Source: Polyangiales bacterium
GTDB lineage: Bacteria; Myxococcota_A; Polyangia; Polyangiales; Polyangiaceae
Length of the DNA: 64,000 bases
Assembly (NCBI GenBank): GCA_038231275.1
Contig: JBBRLQ010000016.1
Coordinates: 96,001-160,000 of the forward strand
Direction: 5' to 3'
Shown one piece after another: positions 8,340 to 17,639 of the stretch; the first letter of the stretch is position 1; the number at the start of each line of letters is the position of its first letter. The position numbers and the translations under genes are program-made. Below the pieces are notes generated by a model. It was given only the letters and a program-made list of their open reading frames with translations. It was not told where the DNA came from and made no database searches.

Positions 8340-9839
8340 TCAGTTGTTCTTCGGGCGGCGACCCATCACGAATTTGTGGAAGGACGGGCGGTGGATGTCG
8401 AAGTCGCTCTCCAAGAACAGCTCGAGAGCCGCGCGGACGCGGGTCTTCAGCTCCTCCGCGACGCCGGGGCGGAGCCGATCGCCCTCGAACATCTCCATGA
8501 TCGGCTCGCGCAGCTCTTCTTCGTGGAGCAGGCTCGTCTTGGTGAGCACGTACTCGATCGCGTCCTTCCACATCGCGAGGCCCGACTGGATGTTGAAGTG
8601 GAGCGACTCCTGCTCGAGCGTCTCGGTGTCGTGCCACATCCCGCGCGGCATGAATGCGACGGTGCCAGGGGTGAGCTCGAGCGTCTCGAAGGGCGTCGGA
8701 AGCTCGGTGGGCATGCCGTTCGGCGCCTCGATTTGGTGGACCGGGAGGATCTTCGCGCCGACGGTGTAGCCGGCCGTCGGGTTCTTCACGTGCGTGTTCG
8801 GCGCGACGCGCCACCTCTTCACGCCGCGCGCCTGGCAGACGAAGTTGTCATTCATGTCGTAGTGCGCCTTGAGACCCGAGCCGCGGCGCGACGCGAAGGC
8901 GCTGACGCGGGTGACGCCGTGCACGAGCCCGAGCTCCGCGTCGATCGCGTCCACCCACGACGCGATGCGCGGCGTGGCGAGGCCGTGAAAATACAAGGTG
9001 AAGCCGGCGTCGTAGAGCGACCGCTCCTGCCCGGGTGCGACGTTCACCTGCGACGACGCGCCGTCCAGGGTCCGAAAGAACGCCTGCGTGTGGTGCTTCT
9101 TCATCTTGATGAGCGCGTCGAGATCGTAGTCGACGAGGCCGGCCAGGCGCTCGACGGGGCCGCGCGCGACGAACGATCCGTTGGGCCAGTGCTTCGCGAG
9201 CAGCTCCTTCGCATCGTCGACGTTGAAGAGGGTGGACAGGCCGGGGGCTTTTATCGAGGCTCCGGGCGAGGCGGGGAGGGACGGACCGTAAAACGCGGCG
9301 AGATCGCGGCGCGCGACGTCCGAGAGGAAGGGAGCACACGCGTCGATCGCGCGGCGCGAGCGGTCCTTCGCCTCGTCCGTGACGCGCGTGTGCGGCGCTT
9401 GCTCGAGCGCGTTGGCCCACACGATCCGCGCGAGATCGGCGACCTCGCTCGGCGTGACGTCGAGCGTGCCGCCCGCGACGAGATCCACGGCGTACGGTGC
9501 GCCGCGCGTGAGGGCGCGGTACAGCGAGGAGCGATCGAACGCGCAGAACACGTACGCGAGGCGCTCGGCGTCGTCGCCCACGAGCGCGCGGATCTTCGGG
9601 CGATCGGCGAACGTGAGGACCGCGCCTTTGAAGTACTCGGTGCCGTAGATGCTGTGAAAGAGGCCAGCCTTGGTCGCCGACACGCTCGCCCCCCAACGCT
9701 CCAGAATTCGCGCGACGCCGACCAGGTGGTCGAGGAACGTACGCGCGCTATGACGAATACGTGACGCGCCCATCTCTTCGAGGAACGCGACCAGATCGGC
9801 CGCACCCTCGAACGCGAGATCGACGCGGCTGGCGTGCAT
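8340..9839 (-). CDS. DUF6817-like (HD-related) domain fused to JmjC/cupin 2OG-Fe(II) oxygenase
   Basis: N-terminal HSARTFLDHLVGV..LERWG..AGLFHSIYGT..AERLAY; C-terminal AHYD..NFVCQARGVKRW..LTPG...FMPRGMWH (HxD..H triad). Confidence 0.85.
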   Translation of the reverse strand: MHASRVDLAFEGAADLVAFLEEMGASRIRHSARTFLDHLVGVARILERWGASVSATKAGLFHSIYGTEYFKGAVLTFADRPKIRALVGDDAERLAYVFCAFDRSSLYRALTRGAPYAVDLVAGGTLDVTPSEVADLARIVWANALEQAPHTRVTDEAKDRSRRAIDACAPFLSDVARRDLAAFYGPSLPASPGASIKAPGLSTLFNVDDAKELLAKHWPNGSFVARGPVERLAGLVDYDLDALIKMKKHHTQAFFRTLDGASSQVNVAPGQERSLYDAGFTLYFHGLATPRIASWVDAIDAELGLVHGVTRVSAFASRRGSGLKAHYDMNDNFVCQARGVKRWRVAPNTHVKNPTAGYTVGAKILPVHQIEAPNGMPTELPTPFETLELTPGTVAFMPRGMWHDTETLEQESLHFNIQSGLAMWKDAIEYVLTKTSLLHEEELREPIMEMFEGDRLRPGVAEELKTRVRAALELFLESDFDIHRPSFHKFVMGRRPKNN

Positions 9840-9974
9840 CGATCGAAGATACCGCGATTTTCTCCGCGCGCATCCGCAGCGGCCCGACGTTCGCTGGGGC
9901 GAGAACCTTCCAGCCAGGCGGCGCCGACGACCGGTGCAAATCGTCGGGAGCGGGCCTATAAACGGGGCGGGGCG

Positions 9975-10889
9975 ATGACTGAACTATCGAGCGGGGGAGA
10001 ACCGATGTGGCTCGGCGAGCTGCGTGACCGGCCGGTCAAGACCGGAGTCTTGCGCGGCGAGGAGGGCAAGCTCGTCGTGCTCGAGACGTTCGCGCTCGGC
10101 AACGCGAAGCTCTCCGACGTCACGCGCGCCTTCCGCGTGCTCGGCGCGCTCGAGCACCTCGTCCATCCGCACGTCGCGCGGGTCCTCGCGACCCGCATCG
10201 AAGGAGAGGAGCTGATCGTCACCAGCACCTACGCCGAGGGCGAGTCGCTCGCCACCGTCTTCTTCCACGCCGCGGCGCGCGCGATGCGGGTGCCCCTCGA
10301 TGTCGGGTGCCGCATCGTGGTCGACGTGCTCGCGGGCCTCGCGGCGCTCCACTCGCTGCGCGACGCGGGCGGGACCGTCATCGGGATCGGCCACGGTGAG
10401 GTCTGTCCGCGCAACGTCATCGTGGGCGTCGACGGACGGTCGCGCGTGGTGCACGTGTGCAGGCCAGGGCACGATCCGACCAATCCGCGGCCGCCCGCGC
10501 TGCCGTACCTCGCCCCCGAGACGCTGGCGGACGGCATGATGTCGGAGGCGGCCGACGTGTACAGCGCCGGGGCGCTCCTCTTTCATTTTCTCGACGGCGG
10601 TCCGCCGTTCGACGCGAAGAAGGGCGCCGTCACGGAGGCGCACGCGACGGGAACGCTACCTCCCCCGCGGCTCCCCACCGAAGAGACGTGGGCCGGCCCG
10701 CTCGCCGCGATCGCGACGCGCGCCATGGCGACGGATCCGGCGCAGCGCTACGAGGCTGCGAGCGAGATGAGCGGCGCGCTGCGAGCGGCGGTGACCACAC
10801 ACGTGGCGAGCCCCGAGCACACGTCGATCGTGCTCAATGATCTCTGCGGCGGCGCCATCCGCCGACGACGCACGCGCTTCCTGGAGTAG
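9975..10889 (+). CDS. Ser/Thr protein kinase-fold protein, probable pseudokinase
   Basis: LVHPHV, EGESL, YLAPE, DVYSAG and RAMATDPAQRY retained; VAIK, HRD and DFG replaced by VVLE, HGE and HVC. Confidence 0.82.
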   Translation: MTELSSGGEPMWLGELRDRPVKTGVLRGEEGKLVVLETFALGNAKLSDVTRAFRVLGALEHLVHPHVARVLATRIEGEELIVTSTYAEGESLATVFFHAAARAMRVPLDVGCRIVVDVLAGLAALHSLRDAGGTVIGIGHGEVCPRNVIVGVDGRSRVVHVCRPGHDPTNPRPPALPYLAPETLADGMMSEAADVYSAGALLFHFLDGGPPFDAKKGAVTEAHATGTLPPPRLPTEETWAGPLAAIATRAMATDPAQRYEAASEMSGALRAAVTTHVASPEHTSIVLNDLCGGAIRRRRTRFLE

Positions 10890-10903
10890 CCCGTGATCGG
10901 CGC

Positions 10904-11647
10904 TCAGGGCCGCGGACGGGCGGCCGTGGCGACGCGCCAATCGCTCAACGTGGCCTCGGCGCGGAAGTGCTTGCGGAAAAAGAGGATGCCGCCGCGCCCG
11001 TCCATCGAGACCTTGGACACGGCGGGGCCGAGCGGCGTCTTGGCACCGAACTCGACCTGGATGTGGACGTAGTCGATCCACATCGACGTCCGGCTGAGCT
11101 TGAAGCCGGCGGAGAGGACGGTGCCCTCGCGCTCGTCGACCCACGCCGAGCCCTCGATCGTGGTCTCGTCCTTGGACTTGGGAACGAACGTCACGCGCAC
11201 GCGTGAGGGATCGTCCTTGTCCTTCTCGACGACGTCGAACGTGTAGCGCGCCTGCTCCGTCGCGAGGAACGGCATGCGGAGCTCACGCTTCTTGGCGGCC
11301 TCGGGGTCTTTGGCCCTCTTCTCTGCGCTCTCGCGCGCCTTCTTTCGCGCGTCGTCGGTCTTGTCGGCGCCGTCCTCGGTGTAGGACTCGACGACGAAGG
11401 TGATCTTGGCGCCGTCCGACTCGACGCGCGCGCGCATCTCCTTCACGCCGTCGGCCTTGCCGTCGCTGTCCAGCTCCTCGAGGCGCCCGGCCACCGCGTA
11501 GCTCGCCCGCGTGCGCATCGACTCGAAGCCGGCGGCGTGCGCGGCCAGGCGCGTCATCAGGGAAGGCTCCGGCGCGGTCGCGCGCGCCGAGGTGGCGGCG
11601 ACGAGGACGACCACGGCGAACGCGAGGGCGGAGAGTAGCCGTGCCAT
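10904..11647 (-). CDS. Secreted hypothetical protein (beta-rich, possibly LolA/sorting-protein-like)
   Basis: Signal peptide ending ARA; RVTFVPK...IEGSAWVD pattern; coding-like codon usage. Confidence 0.7.
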   Translation of the reverse strand: MARLLSALAFAVVVLVAATSARATAPEPSLMTRLAAHAAGFESMRTRASYAVAGRLEELDSDGKADGVKEMRARVESDGAKITFVVESYTEDGADKTDDARKKARESAEKRAKDPEAAKKRELRMPFLATEQARYTFDVVEKDKDDPSRVRVTFVPKSKDETTIEGSAWVDEREGTVLSAGFKLSRTSMWIDYVHIQVEFGAKTPLGPAVSKVSMDGRGGILFFRKHFRAEATLSDWRVATAARPRP

Positions 11648-11730
11648 CGGCATCACTGTGCCATCGCCCCAAGCCGGTGGCCACACGCGTGTCGACAGAA
11701 TGCGCCCTCGTCGCCGGGCGTACCTCTACC

Positions 11731-14080
11731 ATGACCGATCTCTCGTTCCTCGTGACCCACGGCGCCGCGGTGTGGCAGACGCTCATCGCCGCGTCGGTCG
11801 TCCTCGGCGCAGCGTCCGCCGCATTCCTCGTGAATCGCGCGATGCGCGCGCGGGCGGCCCGTGTACGGGAGTCGCTTGGCGAACCGTCCCCGGAGGTGCG
11901 CGTGAAGGACGCCGGGCAGCGCGTTACGCTCGTCGGGACCCTCGCGCTCGACGACGGGATCGACGGACCGCGCGCGGCGTCGGCGGCGGGGGCGGTGGTG
12001 ACCATCGTGCCGCAGGGCCTCGAGCAGAGCGACGAGCCGACCGCGAAAGCACGGAGCGCCGCCGCGCACGACGGCCGGCTCGTCCTCGACGTGGGAGGAA
12101 CGCGCGTCGAGCTCGACGGCGCGGTGCAAGTGCTGGCCGGCTCGCGTGAGACCGAGCGGTGCGTAGGAAAAGCGCAGGCCCTCGCGCTCCTGTGGGATTT
12201 TGCCGGCCCGCTTGGCGCGCTACCGCCCAAGTCGTTCGCGATTCGCGCGCTCGCGCCACAGGATCGCGTCCTCGCGCGCGGCGTGCTTCGGCACGCGCCG
12301 GAGCCGATGGATGGCGGCGGATATCGCTCGGGTCGCGCCGCGTACACGCTCACGTGCGATCCGGCCGATCCGGAGGCCACGGTGATCGCGCTGGCGTCGG
12401 CGTCGAGCCCGCGCCCGCTCGCACGCTCGTTCGTGCGAACGGCGCTTCGAGCGCTGCCTGTGCCGCTCGCGATGGTCGCGGCGCTGGCGGCGACCGGCGA
12501 GATCGGGGTGCGCACGCAAGGCGAGCTGGGCTGGACCGCCGCGGCCGCGACGCCGTTTCGCCGCGCCGACGCGCTCGGCCTCTTGCGCGCGGCTGTCCCC
12601 CTCCGCGTCGGCGCCGACGCGAACAAGATCGCGCGGGCCGTGGCGCTCGACGGACTGCGGCAACGGTGCGGCGACGCCTCGGACGACACCTTCGAGCACG
12701 GGCGCCTCGCCGAGTCCGCGGCGATCGCAGCGAGGTGCCATGACGCGCCGCGCGAGTCGCGCGCGCTGTTCGCGCAGGGCGAGATGGTCCTGGCGGCCGA
12801 TGCGTTCGCGCGGGCGCGCGCCGCCGATCCGAAGATGCCGCCGTGCCTCTCGGAAGCGACCGCGTACTTGGCGGCCGGCCGTCGCGAGCTCGCCGCATCG
12901 ACGCTGCGCGCGCTCGGCAAGACGTGGGAGGACAGCCCCAACGCGCGCGAGCGCCTCGAGTGCGCCGCGCTCGCGGTCGAAGCGCAGGGCGAGCACCCCG
13001 AGGTCCTCGTCAACACGGGAGGAGCGCGTCACCCGCTCGCTGAACCTGCCGGGCTGCCTCGCGCTCACCGCCGACGTGGCCCACGGCGAGGCGCGAAAGA
13101 AGCTCGTCGATCGCTACGATTACTGGGGAACGGTCCCCCTCGCGGACTGGCGGGCGATCACGCGGGTGGTCGCCCTCGAAGAGCTCCCCGGCACGAACCG
13201 CGCGTGGGATCTCGACGCGTACGCGCAGCCCGAGGACGTCGTCTTCGATCCGCGGAAGGGCCTCTACCGCATCCCGCCGGGCCTGGCGGACGCGGTGGCC
13301 ACGGCGCTCGCCGCGCGAGACGACGCGCGCTCGCAGCTCCTCCGAGGGCAGCTCCTCATGGGCCTCGCCCACCTCGACGCGTACCTCGGCGAGATGGCGG
13401 ACGCGCGCGCGCGGACGAGAGACGCGCTCGCCGCGTTCTTGGGAGCGAGCCTCCACGCCGCCGATCCCGTGCGCGACGACGACGCGCGCTACTACGACTA
13501 CGGCTACGCGTACGGGCAGAGCGGCAACGCCTACGCCGCGCGGCGCGCCAAGGGTCTCATGGCTCGCGCGAGCGAGCTCGCCTCCGCGCTCGACGCGCGC
13601 GACGGGTCGCCTCGCACCGAGTTCGACGCGACCTCCGCCGGCCGCGAGCTGGAGCTCGCTCACCGCGCGACGACCCAGAAGGATCCCACCGCCCTCGAAG
13701 CTCTCGCGCGTCGCGACTCGCGCGAGCTGAATCGAAAGCTCTGGGACCTTGCCCTCGGCGACGACGGCGCCGGCCTCGCGACGCGCCTCGAAGAGCGCGG
13801 CCTCGACGGACGCGGCGTCGTCGACTTCCTCGCCGCGCGTCCGGCGCTCGCCCCCGAGCTCGGGCGGTGGGTTCGCTACGGTTACCCGATGGCGTGCACC
13901 ACGTGCGGCATCTATCCGCTGGCAAACCAGATCGCCTCGCGACGGGACGCCGCCCGCGCGGTGGGTGCGAAGGACGTCACCGGGGAGACAACCGCCGCCG
14001 CGCGACGCCTCCGCGCGCTGCTCCTCCGCCGCGACATCGCGATCCCCCTCGCGGTGATCAGCGAGCTCAGCCCGCCGTGA
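11731..14080 (+). pseudogene. Membrane-anchored TPR-like protein split by a frameshift near 13010-13020 (pseudogene or sequence error)
   Basis: Protein-like in the 11731 frame up to GEHPEVLVN, then continues in the +1 frame (EERVTRSLNLPGCLAL...ISELSPP*). The alternative halves are Arg-rich shadow translations. Confidence 0.75.
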
Positions 14081-14113
14081 CGACGGTACCGTGACTGAAG
14101 TATCGTTCCCCTC

Positions 14114-16945
14114 ATGCGCGAGACTCCCGGGTGGTCGCTCCTCGAAAAAGAGGCGCGCAGCGCGTTTCGAGGCAAGGGACGGCTCCCCCTACGCGCGTAC
14201 TCGGAGTTCATGCCCGCGCCCCACGTCGGGCTGAAGCCGTACGGGCTCTGGAAGGATCCCTCCATCGCCGTCGACGAGAACGGCTTCGCGATCACCGAGT
14301 ACGAGCAGGTGCAGGAGCTCGCGCCGGGACTCGCGCGCATCGCCGAGCACTTGATCGTGGAGCTCGAGAAGCTCGTTCGAGGCGAGGCGCACGCCCTCTC
14401 GAGGACGCTGCTCGAAGGCAACCCGGCGTGGCCGACCGAGCTCGCGGAGGCCGCGAAAGAAGGACGCCTGCGCGACGCCGTCACCCTCATGCTCCCCCTC
14501 GCGCTCTCACGAACGCAGGACGACAAGGGCAACGCGCGATGGACCCTCCTCGGCGTGAGTCACGAGGGACCGGCCGCGCCGTTCTGGCAGAGCTTCGGCG
14601 AGGACGATCGCGAGCGCTTCACGCAAATGCTCGCGTGGGCCGACGCCGGAACGCTCCAGGACGTGCACGTCCTCGCGAACCCGAACGAGGTCCCGTCGTG
14701 GCTCGCCGATCGCTTGCTCGTCGGACCGCCCGACGGCGTGAAGACGGTGATCGCGATGCGCCCGTTCGGCCAGCTCCCGGCGGCGGTGCGCAAAGCCTAC
14801 CTGGCGCGCACGCTTCGCCTCGTGCCTTCGCCGGCGAGCTTCGTCTTCTCCGAGCATCCTCACTACAAAAAGCTCGCGGGCGAGATCCCGCGCGCGACGC
14901 AGATCCCGCTGCTCCACGTGTTTCCCCGCTGCGAGGGGGGCTACGCCGTGCGCATCCCGCAGTCGGGCTGGCTCGACGAGAAGGCGACCGAGGAAGGCGG
15001 ACACCGCATCGTCTCGCACGTCGCACGCACGCACCGATGGGAGCGTGTCCCGCGCGACCAGGGCTTGCACGATCGCGAGGCGTTCCTCGATCAGGTGAGC
15101 GTCGCGCTCTTCTCGACCGACGAGAAGGATCTCGGTCTCTACGGAAAGCCTATGGCGCGTAACGCGCAGATCTGGACCGAGCACTACCGGCGCGTCCTCG
15201 ACGGCCCGCGCGGCGGACGGCGCGACATCGAGCTCGCGGCGCGGCTGATCGAGGGTGGCGGTCGCTATGGCTACCGGTTCCTCTTCCCGCCGATGCGTGC
15301 GGGCACGCGCGAGCTCACGTGGCACCGTCCCCTCGTCGCACGCCGCGACGCCTCGCACGGAATCTCGGTGTTCGATGACGGGCCGCCGCTCGGTTACATC
15401 TCCGCCGATCCGTTGGAGAACACGAGCACCGGCGCGCGCGTGACCCTCGCGCCGCGCATCCTCTCGCGACGCGGTCATCGCGAGGCGGCCGCCCTCTTTC
15501 CGCACGAGCACGGCCGGCAGAAGTGGACCACGACGCACAACGCCCGCAAGCTCCTCGAGTTCCGGGAAGTCCTCGGCGACACGCTCACCCCCTCCCTCGC
15601 GCGCGCGCTCCTCCATGTGTCGAAGGACACGACGCTCGAAGACTGGCTCGAGGCGCTCGCCGACGTCGCCGTCGACGAAGCAGGCGGCGCCCTCCTCGCG
15701 GCAGTCCTCGAGGCGTGCGTCGGCGACGAGCACCCGCCGGGGCCCGCGCGAACCTTCGATCGCACCGCGTCGCGCACCTTCGAGGAGCACGTGTGGCGCA
15801 CCATCACGTCGCTGTGCGAGGGCGAGTTCCGCCAAAAGGAGAACGCGGACGGCGTGCGCTCCAACGAGGGGCGCACCGGCGGTCCCGCGGCGGCGGCGGC
15901 CCACGTCACGACCGACGCGCGCCGCGATCTCGACAAGCTGGCCGACCACCTCCACGCGCGGTACCGCGCGCTCGCCAAGAAGAGCGGCATGTCGGACTAC
16001 GCCAAATCGTACGATCACGTCTTCACGTGGGAGACCGACTCCGACTACCCGTGGTCGCTCGGCTGGGCGAAAAACCAGACGGGCGAGCTCAAGGAACGGA
16101 ACGTCGTCTTCGTGATCCCCGGGAAAAACAGGGCAGAAGCCGTCATCATGGCCGACCACTACGACACGGCGTACATGGAGGACGTGTACGAGGCCGACCG
16201 CGGCGGCGACGGCCTGCGCGCGGCGGCATCGGGCGCCGACGACAACCACTCGGCGACGACGGCGCTCCTCTCGGCGGCCGACATCCTGCTCACCATGAGC
16301 AAAGCCGGCAAGCTCGCGCGCGACGTCTGGCTCGTTCATTTGACGGGCGAAGAGTTCCCCGCCGACTCGCTCGGTGCGCGCGCGCTCGTGCAGGAGCTCG
16401 TCGAGGAGCGGCTCGTCTTCACCGGCGAGGACGGCGCGACGCTCCACGCATCGAAGGTCAAGATCGTCGCCGCCTTCATCCTCGACATGATCGGCCACAA
16501 CACCGAGCGCGAGCGCGACGTCTTCCAGATCGCGCCCGGCGAAGGCCCTGCGTCCGCGCGGCTGGCGACGTACGCCCACCTTGCCAACGAGCGGTGGAAC
16601 CAGGGGACCGCGAAGTGGAACGAGAAGCCGCTGCGCAGGGGCATGGGCCGCGCCAAGCGCATGAAGGACGGCAAAGAGATCCCCCCAGAGTTCGAGCACC
16701 TCGCGCTCCGCGGCGAGATCCGCGCGGAGTGGGAGCCGCGCTCGGCGCTCTACAACACCGATGGGCAAGTCTTCTCGGACGTCGGCATCCCCGTCGTCCT
16801 CTTCATGGAGAACTACGACATCAGCCGCACCGGCTACCACGACACGCTGGACACCATGGCCAACATCGATCTCGACTACGCGGCGGCCCTCACGGCGATC
16901 GCGATCGAGACGGTCGCCGAGGTGGCCTGCCGACCAGAGGTCTAG
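14114..16945 (+). CDS. M28 family metallopeptidase with a large uncharacterised N-terminal region
   Basis: C-terminal NVVFVIPG, MADHYDT, GADDNHS, TGEEF, LDMIG and YHDTLDT zinc-binding motifs. Confidence 0.88.
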   Translation: MRETPGWSLLEKEARSAFRGKGRLPLRAYSEFMPAPHVGLKPYGLWKDPSIAVDENGFAITEYEQVQELAPGLARIAEHLIVELEKLVRGEAHALSRTLLEGNPAWPTELAEAAKEGRLRDAVTLMLPLALSRTQDDKGNARWTLLGVSHEGPAAPFWQSFGEDDRERFTQMLAWADAGTLQDVHVLANPNEVPSWLADRLLVGPPDGVKTVIAMRPFGQLPAAVRKAYLARTLRLVPSPASFVFSEHPHYKKLAGEIPRATQIPLLHVFPRCEGGYAVRIPQSGWLDEKATEEGGHRIVSHVARTHRWERVPRDQGLHDREAFLDQVSVALFSTDEKDLGLYGKPMARNAQIWTEHYRRVLDGPRGGRRDIELAARLIEGGGRYGYRFLFPPMRAGTRELTWHRPLVARRDASHGISVFDDGPPLGYISADPLENTSTGARVTLAPRILSRRGHREAAALFPHEHGRQKWTTTHNARKLLEFREVLGDTLTPSLARALLHVSKDTTLEDWLEALADVAVDEAGGALLAAVLEACVGDEHPPGPARTFDRTASRTFEEHVWRTITSLCEGEFRQKENADGVRSNEGRTGGPAAAAAHVTTDARRDLDKLADHLHARYRALAKKSGMSDYAKSYDHVFTWETDSDYPWSLGWAKNQTGELKERNVVFVIPGKNRAEAVIMADHYDTAYMEDVYEADRGGDGLRAAASGADDNHSATTALLSAADILLTMSKAGKLARDVWLVHLTGEEFPADSLGARALVQELVEERLVFTGEDGATLHASKVKIVAAFILDMIGHNTERERDVFQIAPGEGPASARLATYAHLANERWNQGTAKWNEKPLRRGMGRAKRMKDGKEIPPEFEHLALRGEIRAEWEPRSALYNTDGQVFSDVGIPVVLFMENYDISRTGYHDTLDTMANIDLDYAAALTAIAIETVAEVACRPEV

Positions 16946-16955
16946 GAGCGTTCCG

Positions 16956-17333
16956 ATGCGAAGAATCGTCCAGATCGTGGCGTGGCTGAACGCGGCGTTC
17001 GGTGTTGCCGTGGGATTGCTCGCGGTGGCGAGCCCGGTCGCGGCGGCGGGGGCGTTCAAGGTGACCGTCGACTCGGCGGCGATGTTGGCGCTGATTCGGA
17101 TGTTCGGTGGCCTCCTCGCATCGAGCGGCATCGTGTCGATGCTCGTCGCGCGCGATCCCGACGGCCACCCGGCCCTCGTGCGCGCGTACGCCGGGTGCCT
17201 GGTCCTCAACGTCGCGACCGACGGCCTCGTGATCGCGTCGGGTCAGATGCGCTTCGATCAGGTCGCGAGCGGCATGCTCCTCGAGCTGCTCCTCGCGGTG
17301 CTCCTCTTCGCGTACCGGCCGCGAGCTGCGTGA
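16956..17333 (+). CDS. Small four-helix membrane protein (DUF4345-like)
   Basis: Four hydrophobic segments; AGGAG just upstream of ATG 16956. Confidence 0.75.
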   Translation: MRRIVQIVAWLNAAFGVAVGLLAVASPVAAAGAFKVTVDSAAMLALIRMFGGLLASSGIVSMLVARDPDGHPALVRAYAGCLVLNVATDGLVIASGQMRFDQVASGMLLELLLAVLLFAYRPRAA

Positions 17334-17396
17334 CCGACGGATTGCTGAAGAACTAGCTCCGCCAGGGGACGGGATCCTTCGGGCCGAGGCTCGCCA

Positions 17397-17585
17397 TCAT
17401 GCGGCCTGGTAGAAGCTGCAGAGGTGCGCCATGCGCTCGGCGAGGACAACGTCGGCGATCGGCGTCTCGTAGGGAAGGACGATGAAGAGCCGACCGCGCT
17501 CGAGCGCCACGCCGGCGCCGATGCCGAGGACTGCCCTAACCGTCGGAAATTCCCCGCACTTGTCGAGCTTCGCCGCGTCTTTCAT
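17397..17585 (-). CDS. Possible small hypothetical protein or gene fragment
   Basis: 62-aa ORF filling the gap downstream of pfkA; protein-like composition, no recognised motif. Confidence 0.4.
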   Translation of the reverse strand: MKDAAKLDKCGEFPTVRAVLGIGAGVALERGRLFIVLPYETPIADVVLAERMAHLCSFYQAA

Positions 17586-17639
17586 GTCTGGCCTCGAAGG
17601 ATTGACACCCTGACCGCACGGGTGTCGCACGGGCGGAGC

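Noticed and set aside
9748..9961. RiPP precursor ORFs next to the JmjC gene
   Set aside because: The short ORFs overlap neighbouring genes and show no leader/core pattern or RBS.
14507..17209. Long antisense and alternative-frame ORFs (e.g. 900 aa at 14507..17209, 967 aa at 20904..23807, 679 aa at 47917..49956)
   Set aside because: Shadow ORFs of high-GC coding DNA; they overlap genes with clear motifs and have Arg/Ala-rich or motif-free translations.
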